Assembly: GCA_031291995.1 (NCBI GenBank)
Contig: JARLHZ010000039.1
Span: 18,380 to 82,379 of the forward strand
Length of the DNA stretch: 64,000 bases
Source of the DNA: Candidatus Doudnabacteria bacterium
Lineage (GTDB): Bacteria; Patescibacteriota; Doudnabacteria; UBA920
Reading direction: 5' to 3'
The notes under the pieces were generated by a model, which worked only from the letters and a program-made list of their open reading frames with translations, did not search any database and had not been told where the DNA came from. The translations under genes and the position numbers were made by a program. Positions within the stretch are counted from its first letter, which is position 1. Each line of letters opens with the position of its first letter. Shown in pieces: positions 27,401-37,712 of this stretch.

Positions 27401-29386
27401 CTATAAGTATTTTTTGATTCTCTCAGCGGCGGCTTTGCCGACAGCGGCGGTCAGCTCCTCCAAAGACGCCTGACGAATGACGGCAACGGTGCCGAATTTT
27501 GCTTTAAGAATTTTTTTGGTTTTGGGACCGATGCCGGGGATTTCGTCGAGCGCCGATTTTACCGCCTGCTTGCTGCGCAGGTCGCGGTGGAAGGTAATGC
27601 CAAAACGATGGGCTTCGTCGCGCAACCTTTGGAGCATTTGGAGCGCCGGATCATCATGCGATAAAATAATCGGCTCGGGTTTGTCGGGCAGGAATATTTC
27701 CTCAATGCGTTTTGCAAGCCCGATAACGTTAATTGATAATTGTGAATTGTGAATTGTTTCCAGCGCAGCGCTGAGCTGGCCTTTGCCGCCATCAATCACT
27801 ATTAAATCAGGAAGCGGCCAACCGCGGAGCCTCTCTTCCTGCAATGGGAGAGTGCCCCGAGCGTTGTCGAGGGGGGGAGGGTTTGGAGTTTTATCGATGC
27901 TTTCTCCAACCACCCCGTTGCCTGACGGCGACACCCCTCCTTGCCAGGAGGGGAGGCTCCGCGCCAAGCGCCTGCTAAGCATTTCTTTCATCATGGCAAA
28001 ATCGTCGGGCGTGGATTTGCCGCGGATTTTAAATTTGCGGTATTGGCTTTTGGCGGGCAGGCCGTTTGTAAACACCACCATACTGCCAACCGGGTTGGTC
28101 CCCTGGATATTGGAAATGTCGTAACATTCAATGCGCCGCGGAATATCGGCAAGCTTTACCGTATCCCTTAACCTTTCCAAAGCCTTATTAATTTTGTCCA
28201 AATGTCCGGCCTGGTCCGACAGCCACTTGCTCAAATATTCCCGGGCATTGACCGAACCCAGGTTGGTTAGCTCCCTGGCTTTACCTTTTTGGGGAGAGAT
28301 GATTGTAATGCCGCGACCGATGCGCGACTTAACCAATTTTATGATCAAGTTAGCATCAGCCGCCGCGTATTGGGTATAAATAATTTTTGGCACACTTGAC
28401 GTCTCAGCATAGTACTGTTCCAAAAATTTTTGCACAATCTCCGTTCCGTAGTTTTCCGTAGTTCCGGATAGGTTCCGTAGTTCCGCATTGGAGATTTCGT
28501 ATACAAAATTTTCCTTGTCCTGCAATTTCCCCCCGCGGACTTTAAATAAGTTTACGCAGGTATAGCCGTCGGAAGACGCCAGGGACACAATATCCCAGTC
28601 CACTTTTTTGGCCAAAATTACGGTTTGCCGCTCATCCAAAAGTTTGATGGAGTTAAGCTGGTCGCGAAGTCGGGCGGCTTTTTCGAATAACTTATGGGCC
28701 GCGGCCAATTTCATTTCGCTTTGCAGCTGGCGGCTGATTTTCCCGGTATTGCCGGCCAGAAAATCTTCGATTTTTTTTAGGTATAACCGGTAATCATCGA
28801 GGCTGATTTTTCCAATGCACACGCCAGGACAGCGGTGCAGGTGGTAATGGAAACAGGGTTTGCCCGAGACTTTTTCGGCCGAGCAATAAGGAAAAATTTT
28901 GCGCATTAAGTGAAGGGTGTTGCGGATTTTGTAGGCGGCTGTGTAGGGGCCGAAGTACTTAGGGGGCAGGGGTGAGGGGTGAGGGGTGAGGGGAGATTTC
29001 TGTACCCTGTACCCTGTACCCTCAACCCTTCTTGAATAGCCGATTTGCGGAATTTCGGTGGAATAATCGATTTTAATGAAGGCGTAATTTTTGTCGTCGC
29101 GCAGTAAAATATTGTATTTGGGCAAATACTGTTTAATAACGGTATTTTCCAAAAACAGGCTTTCCAGTTCGTTATTAACCACGGTATAACTAAAATCCGC
29201 CGCCTCTTTCATCAGATGCGGAATTTGCGGCCGTTCGTCGTGCCCGGAAAAATACTGCCCCACCCGGCTCCTCAAATTTTTGGCTTTCCCAACATACAAA
29301 ACCTTCCCATCTTTATCCAAAAACTGGTAAACACCGGGCGATTTGGGAACATCTTTAAGTTTTTCACGAAGTGGATTCATCGGCAT
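27401..29386 (-). CDS. uvrC: excinuclease ABC subunit C (UvrC) with in-frame low-complexity insertions
   Basis: N-terminal GIY-YIG (GVYQFLDKDGKVLYVGKAKNLRSRV), UvrBC-interacting region, C-terminal (HhH)2 (IPGIGPKTKKIL). Also contains tandem-repeat-encoded segments. Confidence 0.9.
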   Translation of the reverse strand: MPMNPLREKLKDVPKSPGVYQFLDKDGKVLYVGKAKNLRSRVGQYFSGHDERPQIPHLMKEAADFSYTVVNNELESLFLENTVIKQYLPKYNILLRDDKNYAFIKIDYSTEIPQIGYSRRVEGTGYRVQKSPLTPHPSPLPPKYFGPYTAAYKIRNTLHLMRKIFPYCSAEKVSGKPCFHYHLHRCPGVCIGKISLDDYRLYLKKIEDFLAGNTGKISRQLQSEMKLAAAHKLFEKAARLRDQLNSIKLLDERQTVILAKKVDWDIVSLASSDGYTCVNLFKVRGGKLQDKENFVYEISNAELRNLSGTTENYGTEIVQKFLEQYYAETSSVPKIIYTQYAAADANLIIKLVKSRIGRGITIISPQKGKARELTNLGSVNAREYLSKWLSDQAGHLDKINKALERLRDTVKLADIPRRIECYDISNIQGTNPVGSMVVFTNGLPAKSQYRKFKIRGKSTPDDFAMMKEMLSRRLARSLPSWQGGVSPSGNGVVGESIDKTPNPPPLDNARGTLPLQEERLRGWPLPDLIVIDGGKGQLSAALETIHNSQLSINVIGLAKRIEEIFLPDKPEPIILSHDDPALQMLQRLRDEAHRFGITFHRDLRSKQAVKSALDEIPGIGPKTKKILKAKFGTVAVIRQASLEELTAAVGKAAAERIKKYL

Positions 29387-29449
29387 TTATTATATCGCGG
29401 GCTGGACAGAGTGTCGAGGATTTAATAAGATTTGTCCTAAGGAGGCAGT

Positions 29450-29818
29450 ATGTATTTTACGGGTCCCGAAGAGCCGACTCATCTGTGGCTACAGATTTTA
29501 CTCGCTTTGATTATCTGGACGGTTTTTTTGTTGAGCGTCGCGTGTTATTTGTGGTATAGACGTACGCATATCAGGTCGGGCAAAGTCCGCGTGCGTCTCA
29601 CGGAGGAGGAAGTGGAAACGGAATATCGGATGCTTTCGTGGAATAAAACCGGTCAAACTTTTGTCGAACCGATTCAGTTGAAGCTTCTCATCCTGTACCG
29701 AAAAAGCATCGGCGCTTGGTTAAAAAATCGGGCTCGGAGAAAAAAGGTGCTCGGCAGAGTCCGATCGCTCCGGATGCTGGCTAGTTCCGACGAGCCTAAG
29801 GAGGACGGATACCGATGA
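29450..29818 (+). CDS. small membrane protein
   Basis: SD AAGGAGG before the ATG. One TM. 122 aa. Confidence 0.6.
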   Translation: MYFTGPEEPTHLWLQILLALIIWTVFLLSVACYLWYRRTHIRSGKVRVRLTEEEVETEYRMLSWNKTGQTFVEPIQLKLLILYRKSIGAWLKNRARRKKVLGRVRSLRMLASSDEPKEDGYR

Positions 29819-29957
29819 TAATCATTCATTGGCAAAAGGGCAAATGGAACGGACGACAGCTCCATATTTACCAAGCGCTCTCAACCGTGATTTATCTTTT
29901 GGCCTTGTGCGGCCTGGTCAGTGTGGCTTTATTTTTTTACAGGCTACTTGGTTAACC
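29817..29957 (+). CDS. 46-aa membrane peptide (translationally coupled, ATGA overlap)
   Basis: Read manually: MIIIHWQKGKWNGRQLHIYQALSTVIYLLALCGLVSVALFFYRLLG. Below the ORF-track size cut-off. Confidence 0.4.
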
Positions 29958-30051
29958 CGCCGCCGACGTTGTTTGTTCGGCCGCGGGTTTTTGTTTTGTC
30001 TTGACAGTGGTACGTATTTCGGGCAATATTTATCCACCTCGGGAGGAATAA

Positions 30052-30240
30052 ATGAAATTGTCGCAGAACTTTCCACAAATGACCATACACGAGTTCTTGA
30101 TTGAATTTTTGGTGGCCATAATGATCATCGTGGTGCCGGTGCCCGTTATCATCGTCGGATGGATTTGGGATCGCCTTGGCGATCTGATAAGTTTAATCCC
30201 GGCTGAACTGCGTGAGAGGGCAAATCGCAGTAACCAATAA
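30052..30240 (+). CDS. small membrane protein
   Basis: SD GGGAGGA before the ATG. One TM. Terminator follows at 30241..30274. Confidence 0.55.
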   Translation: MKLSQNFPQMTIHEFLIEFLVAIMIIVVPVPVIIVGWIWDRLGDLISLIPAELRERANRSNQ

Positions 30241-30274
30241 CCCGGACCGTCGCGATTGACAGGCCGGGTTTTTT
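30241..30274 (+). terminator. Rho-independent terminator
   Basis: Stem CCCGGACC...GGCCGGG followed by TTTTTTATTT. Confidence 0.6.
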
Positions 30275-30458
30275 ATTTCTTGAAGAAAAATGCAATTATC
30301 GGAATATTATCTCTATTGAACAAATTTTCTAATAAACAGCCCATAAATGGGCTAACTACGTAAAGTTAAGGTTTAAGAATATCCAGCCCTTAGTCCCTTG
30401 CCATCTCTTGACTTAGGTGGTAGAATTGTTACTAGTTTGTGGCTACGGATATTAGAAG

Positions 30459-30566
30459 AATACACTGCAGAAAACTACGGAATTTACGGAATTTGATAAA
30501 CCGTACTTCTGAATTCTGTAGTTCCGCAGTTTTCCGTAGTGAGATTAATTTAAATTCCGCAGTTGT
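30459..30566 (+). promoter_or_regulatory. uvrA upstream region with multiple TTCCG(T/C)AG(T) half-sites in direct and inverted arrangement (candidate operator, possibly DNA-damage regulon)
   Basis: AAAACTACGGAA...TTCCGTAGT inverted pair plus ACGGAATTT x2 and TTCCGCAG x2 directly before the uvrA ATG. The same motif is repeated inside uvrC. Confidence 0.45.
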
Positions 30567-33449
30567 ATGCAAGACAAAATAAGTGTCCGGGGAGCCCGGA
30601 TGCACAATTTAAAAAATCTGGACGTGGATTTGCCAAGGAATAAGCTGGTGGTACTAACCGGCTTGTCCGGAAGCGGCAAGTCGTCTTTGGCGTTTGATAC
30701 AATTTACGCCGAAGGCCAGCGCAGGTACGTGGAATCGCTTTCGGCTTATGCCCGACAGTTCATTGGCCTAATGGATAAGCCGGATGTGGACAAAATAGAA
30801 GGGCTGAGCCCGGCCATATCCATCGACCAAAAATCAGCTTCCCATAACCCGCGCTCGACCGTGGGCACGGTTACGGAAATTTACGACTATTTGCGCTTGC
30901 TGTACGCGCGTATTGGCATTCCCCACTGTCCGGTTTGCGGTAAAAAAATTACCGGACAGACTTTGCAGGCTATGGTGGAGCAATTGTTGAATTTGCCAGA
31001 GGGAACCAAGCTGATGCTTTTGGCGCCTTTTGTGCGCGACCAAAAAGGGGAACACAAACATATTTTTGAACAGGTAAAAAAAGCCGGTTTTGCACGCGTT
31101 CGCGTTGACGGCACGGTTATGGATTTAAACGAAGCGCAATCGCTAAACCTCGACAAGCAGAAAAAACATTATATTGACGTAGTGGTAGACCGCATTGCCG
31201 TATCTAAAAACGACCGTTCCCGGATATCGGAAAGTTTGGAAAAAGCTTTGGACTTGGGAGACGGCTTAGTCGTGGTATTGCGGGCTGACGCGGAATCACG
31301 CGGAAATACTGCAACGCGGAACCACGCGGAAAATAATCAAAAAGAAATTACCATGTCGCAGAACTTTGCCTGTCCCGACGGGCATATGTCCTTAAACCAA
31401 CTGGATCCGAGGGATTTTAGTTTTAACAGTCCGCACGGCGCCTGCCCGGAATGCAAGGGCCTGGGCACCAAACTGACAGTGGAGCCCGACCTGGTAATAC
31501 CCAACCAAAGGCTGACTTTGGCCGAAGGAGCCGTGCGCCCCTGGAGCAAAACCACTTCGCGGCTGTCGTGGTATTCCCGCATTATGGAGGCCGTGGCCAA
31601 AGAATACGGTTTTTCCACCAATACCCCGGTTAAAGACCTGCCCAAAAAATTTGTCGATATAATTTTATATGGCACCGGCGACAAAAAAGTCCGCGTCTCG
31701 GGCGAGTTTCGCGGCGGCGAAGGCGAATTTGAAATGAATACCGCATTTGAAGGCGTTATCCCGAACCTCCAGCGCCGCTACCGCGAAACCGATTCCGAAT
31801 ATATGCGCAGTGAAATAGAAAATTACATGCGTGTCCGCCAATGCCAGGTCTGTCTGGGCAAGCGGCTAAAGCCCGAAGTTTTGGCCGTAACCGTGGGCGG
31901 CCGGGGGATTGTGGACGTATCCAACATGCCCATAGATTTAACCGCGGAATTTTTTAAAAATCTGCCCAAAGAGTTGAACGCCAGGGACACGGCCATTGCC
32001 CGGCAAATTTTAAAGGAAATTAACGCGCGCCTGTCGTTTTTATTAAATGTGGGATTGGCTTATTTATCGCTCGACCGTACGGCCGACACGCTTAGCGGCG
32101 GGGAAGCGCAGCGTATCCGACTGGCCACGCAAATCGGGTCCGGTTTGACCGGAGTCCTCTATATATTAGACGAGCCGTCCATTGGCCTACACCAGCGCGA
32201 CAACCGCAAACTCCTCCAGACGCTTAAGGATTTGCGCGATTTGGGCAATACGGTAATTGTGGTGGAGCACGACGAGGAAACCATCCGCGAAGCCGACTGG
32301 GTGGTGGATATTGGCCCGGGCGCGGGCAAGCACGGCGGCGAACTGGTGGCCGAAGGCACTCCCAAAGACATCGAAAAAAATCCCAAGAGCATAACCGGGC
32401 AATATTTGGCCGGCAAGGAATTTATAGAGGTTAGCAAGCGCCGCCGCCCGGGCAACGGGCGCAAGCTGACCATTGTGGGCGCCGAGGAATTTAATTTAAA
32501 AGATATTACTGTGGACATTCCGCTCGGGAAGTTTGTCTGCGTTACCGGCGTGTCGGGCAGCGGTAAATCCACTTTGCTTAACGAAATTCTGGCCAAAGCC
32601 CTGAATCATTATTTTTTTAACAGCAAAGACGAACCGGGCAAGCATAAAAAAATTCTAGGACTGGAACATTTGGACAAAATTATCAACATTGACCAATCGC
32701 CAATCGGGCGGACGCCCCGCAGCAATCCGGCCACTTACACCGGATTGTTTACCCCGATTCGCGATTTGTTTGCCGATACCAAAGAGGCCCGCATGCGCGG
32801 CTATAAATCCGGACGGTTCAGTTTTAACGTTAAAGGCGGCCGGTGCGAAAAATGTTCGGGCGACGGCGTTATTCAGGTGGAAATGAATTTTTTGCCGGAT
32901 GTCTATATTACCTGCGACGAATGCCACGGCAAGCGCTACAACCAGCAGGCGCTGGAAATCCACTATAAAGACAAAACCATTTCCGATGTTTTGGAAATGA
33001 CCGTGGACGAAGCCAAAATCTTTTTTGCCAACTTGCCGCAAATCCACAAAAAACTGGAAACGCTTTCGCAGGTCGGTTTGGGCTATATGAGGCTCGGCCA
33101 AAACGCCACCACTTTGAGCGGCGGGGAAGCGCAACGGATTAAACTGGCTACGGAATTGTCGCGCGCGTCCACCGGGCGGACTTTATATTTGCTGGATGAG
33201 CCGACTACGGGATTGCACTTTGCCGATATTAAACGGCTAGTCCAGGTACTGAATAAATTGGTGGACAAAGGCAATACGGTGGTGGTCATTGAACATAATT
33301 TGGACATGATTAAAACCGCGGACTGGCTAATAGACTTAGGCCCCGAAGGCGGCAACAAAGGCGGCACGCTGGTAGCCGCGGGCACGCCGGAAGATGTGGT
33401 TAAAGTAAAAGCCAGTTACACCGGGCAGTATTTAAAAAAAATGCTGTAA
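30567..33449 (+). CDS. uvrA: excinuclease ABC subunit A (UvrA)
   Basis: 960 aa. Two ABC ATPase modules ([23 protein letters not shown]; [10 protein letters not shown]), Zn-finger cysteines and LSGGEAQRI signatures. Confidence 0.95.
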   Translation: MQDKISVRGARMHNLKNLDVDLPRNKLVVLTGLSGSGKSSLAFDTIYAEGQRRYVESLSAYARQFIGLMDKPDVDKIEGLSPAISIDQKSASHNPRSTVGTVTEIYDYLRLLYARIGIPHCPVCGKKITGQTLQAMVEQLLNLPEGTKLMLLAPFVRDQKGEHKHIFEQVKKAGFARVRVDGTVMDLNEAQSLNLDKQKKHYIDVVVDRIAVSKNDRSRISESLEKALDLGDGLVVVLRADAESRGNTATRNHAENNQKEITMSQNFACPDGHMSLNQLDPRDFSFNSPHGACPECKGLGTKLTVEPDLVIPNQRLTLAEGAVRPWSKTTSRLSWYSRIMEAVAKEYGFSTNTPVKDLPKKFVDIILYGTGDKKVRVSGEFRGGEGEFEMNTAFEGVIPNLQRRYRETDSEYMRSEIENYMRVRQCQVCLGKRLKPEVLAVTVGGRGIVDVSNMPIDLTAEFFKNLPKELNARDTAIARQILKEINARLSFLLNVGLAYLSLDRTADTLSGGEAQRIRLATQIGSGLTGVLYILDEPSIGLHQRDNRKLLQTLKDLRDLGNTVIVVEHDEETIREADWVVDIGPGAGKHGGELVAEGTPKDIEKNPKSITGQYLAGKEFIEVSKRRRPGNGRKLTIVGAEEFNLKDITVDIPLGKFVCVTGVSGSGKSTLLNEILAKALNHYFFNSKDEPGKHKKILGLEHLDKIINIDQSPIGRTPRSNPATYTGLFTPIRDLFADTKEARMRGYKSGRFSFNVKGGRCEKCSGDGVIQVEMNFLPDVYITCDECHGKRYNQQALEIHYKDKTISDVLEMTVDEAKIFFANLPQIHKKLETLSQVGLGYMRLGQNATTLSGGEAQRIKLATELSRASTGRTLYLLDEPTTGLHFADIKRLVQVLNKLVDKGNTVVVIEHNLDMIKTADWLIDLGPEGGNKGGTLVAAGTPEDVVKVKASYTGQYLKKML

Positions 33450-33460
33450 AGATTTACAAA

Positions 33461-33486
33461 AAAATCCCATGTTGGGATTTTTTTGT
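33461..33486 (+). terminator. Rho-independent terminator of uvrA
   Basis: Stem AATCCCA TGT TGGGATT followed by TTTTTG. Confidence 0.7.
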
Positions 33487-34242
33487 TTGCTTCAACTTAT
33501 TATCCTCAGTTTATTCACCATCGATCCACTTTTTTGCCAGAAATAAGCTTATTCGCGTGCAATATGAGGGTATTGCGTAAATTTTACTGAGTGATATAAT
33601 TTCTTTACCTATTGATTTGCCGGATTTTTGAAACACTTGCTCAATTTGGAGCGATTACAATGCTGAGCCCGATTAATTCCTGAAATTAAATTACAATTTA
33701 ATCAACAAGAGCCTGCGGCCGTAATAGCCGCTAAGATGTACGAAGATGCACAAAGGCCACTTTAAAAGCGCGGTACAAAAAGTCTGTTTTTGTATTCCGG
33801 AGTACCGCAATAAGAGGGAAACAGAAGCCCAGAGCTAAAGCAATTTAGCTATGGGCTTTTGTTTTTGTATAAAAGGTCGACCCCTCGCCAAAAAAGGGAA
33901 TACAAAATACAAAGCCCTGTTTTTGAGAACAGGGCGCGAGCCAAAACAGTAAATTTTACGGACTCACTCTTTAGCTGCTTTTGTATTGGAAAGCGAGGCT
34001 TTCCATTAATTTATACGCAAAAAGCGGTCATAAAGATTCAGTTTTGGCCGGTAATTCCGCCAAAAATTCTTCCCGAATTTTTGGCATAAATCCGCGCTAA
34101 GCCCCCAGCAAGGGGCCGGAAAAAGTTCTTGCTCCTGATTGGGGGCGTATAAAAACGTCCCCTAACCAATTCCGCAATTTTAAGGCGGAATTGAAATAAT
34201 CAAATAACCTTGATTATGGAGGGAGGCTAAAAGCGGGTTTAA

Positions 34243-34372
34243 CATCATTGTCATTGCGAGACACGTACCGGACGGTACTGTGGCAAGGGAGTGTCCGCCG
34301 GAGGCGCATCTGCCTCAGGCACGACACCAGACGAAGCAATCTATCGATTGAAGATTTAATAAGATTGCTTCC
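34243..34372. repeat. dispersed palindromic repeat (CATTGCGAG...CGAAGCAATCT / AGATTGCTTCC family), copy 1
   Basis: Shares the GTCATTGCGAG and GAAGCAATCT modules with copies at 37615.., 43020.. and an intragenic fragment at 40795... Terminal hairpin GAAGCAATCT...AGATTGCTTC. Confidence 0.65.
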
Positions 34373-34494
34373 AATTATGCCGAAACTGCGGCGGTCCGGT
34401 CGGATGTTCCTACAACGACAAAAAATCAGTAAATTAGCATAAACCGCACAGGATAAATCTAAACCTTTTTGGTTTATGTTAGAGAAAGTAATAT

Positions 34495-36579
34495 ATGATA
34501 AAAAAATTATTAACCAGACTTGGCATAGCGGGCGGAACTTTGGCGATTATTATTGCCGGGGCCGCGGCCTTTAGCGCGTTTGAGGCGCACGTAGTCAATG
34601 TGACGGCGTCCATCAACAACGCTTTAACGGTGCCGCAGGAGGCAAGCGGTATAAGCTTTGGGGCAATTTTTCCCGAAGAAGTCGCGCACCAGCCGCTGAA
34701 CGTCTCTTTGAGCACTTCGTTTTTGAACGAGTCGCGCGTGGACGACGTTTCGTACATGATTCGCCAAAAGCCGAAATGCGTGAGCGACACCGACCCGAGC
34801 GTGCATCCGCAGGTTACCGAACAAGGGGTGACTTTTGTTTGTCCGGCCGGCTCGCACCAAATGCCCCTGCTCTGCCCGTATTTGTCCAAGCATTTGGTAA
34901 CGGGAAATTGTAATCCCGACCTGCCGGTGGGCACCGAAGGCTCCTGCACCGGCATAGACGCGTTCCATGGCACGGCCAGCTCCACTTTGTGGACGGAAAC
35001 CGTAACCGAAGCCACCCAGGTAAACGGCCACCTTGTAAAAGGAGGCAATACCACCGACAACTGGGACATAGATTTGCACGCGCCCTGCTTTAAAGGAATG
35101 TGCGCCCAGGACAACGTAATTCCTGCCGACTTCCAACCCGACCCCAGCTTAGAAGGCCAAACCTTCGGCTGTGACCTTTGGGTGGAAGTTAACGGCATTA
35201 GCACAACAACGGAAACCGGGACCGGAACTTTAACCGTTACTAAAGTGGTTGTCGGCGGAACCAAAGTAGTTTCCGATTTTCCGCTGTTTGTTGACGGCGC
35301 ATCGGTGACATCCGGAGTTACCGCTACCACAACCGCGACTACCCATCAGGTCTCGGAAACTTCCGACCCCGATTACGTAGGCACCTTTAGCGGCGACTGC
35401 GGCTCAACCGGTCTAGTCACCGTCCCCCCCAACGGAAGTGCCTCGTGTACATTAACCAACACCTTTGACCCACGACCGGGAACTTTGACTATCGTCAAAA
35501 ATACAACCGGTGGCAACGGCACGTTTGACTTTACCGTCACGGGTGCTTCCTCATCGTCTCCAAGCATTACTACGGTAGGCGGTACCGGCACGACGGGTTC
35601 CATGACAGTTGGTTCCGGCACTTATACCGTATCGGAAACTGTACCGGACGGCTGGGCACTGGGCACGGCTACTTGTGATGATGGTACATCCTCATTAACG
35701 GATAATACCATCTCAAACATCAAGATTGCTCCAGCCAGCAATGTTACTTGTACGTTTAACGATAGTAAAAATACGGGAACTATTACAGTTTATAAAGTTG
35801 TAAACAACAATGGCTTAGGTACTTCCACGCCAGCGGATTTCCAGATGCAAATCGACGGTTCCAGTGTGGCGCAAGGAGCAACTACAACCGAAGCCACCGG
35901 CCTGCATACTGTTTCAGAAGCCAATGCCGGTCCCTACGTTACTTCCTTTAGTGGTGACTGTAACACCAGCGGCCAAATAACTTTGGCCACTAAGCAAGCC
36001 GCGGTTTGTGTTGTTACGAATACGTTTCCCATAGCAAGTTTAAAGATCGTTAAAACGGTGAATAATATTCACGGTGGCACCGCAGCCATTTCAAGCTTTA
36101 CCTATTTTGTAGGTTCAACCCAAGTACAAAATAATACAGTAACGAACTTCATCCCTGGAACTTATAATATTTCCGAAGGTGGGGTAAGGGGTTATAGTGC
36201 CACATTTAGTGGGGCGTGTAATGGTGTTAATTCCGTAACTTTGCACGCCGGAGATAACGTCGAATGTGACATAACAAATACCGATATTGCGCCGGTAATC
36301 AGTTTGAATCTCAATATAACCGGTACTGGAACAGCCACAACCAGTGACTTTAATATGTTCATTGATGGGACTTTCGTTCCGCAGAATAGTTCACAATCGG
36401 TGACTTCTAATGCCAGTCACTCTATTACTATTACCGGCAATAACCATACATCAGGCTATACAAATTCCGGAGTCACTGGTACATCAGCATTTGGCGTAAG
36501 TTGTCCCGCATCTCTGCCAGGTAATGTAACTTTGACTCCTGGTGATTCAATCTCGTGTACTATAACGGAAACCCATTAG
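34495..36579 (+). CDS. secreted surface protein, paralogue 1 of the SAFEAHVVNVTA family; conserved Cys-containing N-domain plus prealbumin-like/Cna-B-type repeats
   Basis: N-terminal K-rich start, hydrophobic core and AAAFSAFEAHVVNVTA junction resembling SipW-cognate signals. Conserved blocks FGxxFP(E/Q)E, CPAG..MPLLCPYLSK, WDIDLH.PCFKG.CAQD, GCDLW.EV.GI. C-terminal repeats with GxYTVSE..P.GW.L...C. Confidence 0.8.
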   Translation: MIKKLLTRLGIAGGTLAIIIAGAAAFSAFEAHVVNVTASINNALTVPQEASGISFGAIFPEEVAHQPLNVSLSTSFLNESRVDDVSYMIRQKPKCVSDTDPSVHPQVTEQGVTFVCPAGSHQMPLLCPYLSKHLVTGNCNPDLPVGTEGSCTGIDAFHGTASSTLWTETVTEATQVNGHLVKGGNTTDNWDIDLHAPCFKGMCAQDNVIPADFQPDPSLEGQTFGCDLWVEVNGISTTTETGTGTLTVTKVVVGGTKVVSDFPLFVDGASVTSGVTATTTATTHQVSETSDPDYVGTFSGDCGSTGLVTVPPNGSASCTLTNTFDPRPGTLTIVKNTTGGNGTFDFTVTGASSSSPSITTVGGTGTTGSMTVGSGTYTVSETVPDGWALGTATCDDGTSSLTDNTISNIKIAPASNVTCTFNDSKNTGTITVYKVVNNNGLGTSTPADFQMQIDGSSVAQGATTTEATGLHTVSEANAGPYVTSFSGDCNTSGQITLATKQAAVCVVTNTFPIASLKIVKTVNNIHGGTAAISSFTYFVGSTQVQNNTVTNFIPGTYNISEGGVRGYSATFSGACNGVNSVTLHAGDNVECDITNTDIAPVISLNLNITGTGTATTSDFNMFIDGTFVPQNSSQSVTSNASHSITITGNNHTSGYTNSGVTGTSAFGVSCPASLPGNVTLTPGDSISCTITETH

Positions 36580-36643
36580 AAATAAACCAAAATAGTTTCC
36601 GCTTTAATCGGAAACCAATAAATAAAAGTAATTAAGTAATCCT

Positions 36644-37393
36644 ATGAAAAAATTATTTATGCGCGCGGGGTTGGCGGCTGGGACTTTGGGGCTGATTATT
36701 GCCGGCGCCGCGGCGTTCAGCGCTTTTGAAGCGCATGTGGTCAACGTGACCGCGACCATCAGCAATGCCACGGATATTTCCACCTCGGAAATAACTTTTG
36801 GCAATGTATTCCCGCAGGAAATCCTGCACAATCCCATAACCCTTTCCTTGTCCTCGTCATTCTTGAGCGCTTCCAATACCAGGGCTTCGATTGTAGACTA
36901 CGTTCTTAAACAGAAGCCGAAGTGTATGGCTACCGATCCTGCTAACGCGGTTCAGTTCGCCCAGGTTGTTGATGTTCCCGGCGCAGAAGGCGGTCCGGTA
37001 ACCTTTACCTGCCCCGCAGGCTATACGGAAATGCCCCTGCTTTGCCCGTACTTATCTAAAACCAGCCCGACCCAGGGAGACACCAGCGTGCCATCCTTTC
37101 ACGGAACGACCGATTTAGCTTCCTGGACCGACGCGGTTAGCATGGCCACGGAAGCCAGCGGACAGTTAAGCACAACCGGCGCCACCAGCACCACCTGGGA
37201 TATAGATTTGCACACGCCATGCTTTAAAGGTGAATGTGCCCAGGACTGGGACAGCTTTGTAACTACGGCCAATCCGGCTGTAAACGAGAACGCCTCCATT
37301 ACCCCGGAGTACTACGAGGCAGACCCGGCCGACCAGAATGTGCCAATGGGCTGCGACTTATGGTATGAAGTCAGCGGAATTGGCCAACCATAA
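36644..37393 (+). CDS. secreted surface protein, paralogue 2 (N-domain only)
   Basis: Same signal and all conserved blocks as paralogue 1. 249 aa. Confidence 0.8.
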   Translation: MKKLFMRAGLAAGTLGLIIAGAAAFSAFEAHVVNVTATISNATDISTSEITFGNVFPQEILHNPITLSLSSSFLSASNTRASIVDYVLKQKPKCMATDPANAVQFAQVVDVPGAEGGPVTFTCPAGYTEMPLLCPYLSKTSPTQGDTSVPSFHGTTDLASWTDAVSMATEASGQLSTTGATSTTWDIDLHTPCFKGECAQDWDSFVTTANPAVNENASITPEYYEADPADQNVPMGCDLWYEVSGIGQP

Positions 37394-37484
37394 TTATAAA
37401 CTGATAAATTTTAATTAAGCAGTTTCAACTAAATTCCCCCCTGCTCTTTACCCGGTTCATTATGGGATGAACCGAAAAAGGGCG

Positions 37485-37531
37485 GGGGAGGGTCTGCTTG
37501 TTAATTAATTTTAATGAGCAGGCCCTCCCCC
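37485..37531. terminator. strong GC hairpin (GGGGGAGGGTCTGCT...AGCAGGCCCTCCCCC), terminator-like on the minus strand
   Basis: 15-bp near-perfect stem with an A-run upstream and none downstream on plus. Confidence 0.4.
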
Positions 37532-37614
37532 AAAGGATATAAACCACAATAGACAAAATTGACCCCTCCTTCGCTAAAGCTACGGAGGGTAAGCAAAAAT
37601 TAACGAACAAACTG

Positions 37615-37692
37615 TGCCATTGCGAGGGAGTGCATCCGACCGAAGCAATCTTTATCCTCGATAAGATCGCTTCGGCTGCACTCGCGATGACA
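37615..37692. repeat. dispersed palindromic repeat, copy 2 (complete ~80-nt hairpin)
   Basis: 5' arm CATTGCGAGGGAGTGCATCCGACCGAAGCAATCT is complementary to 3' arm AGATCGCTTCGGCTGCACTCGCGATG. Sits in the 5' leader of paralogue 3. Confidence 0.7.
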
Positions 37693-37712
37693 CCCAGGAA
37701 GGAAAATAAATT

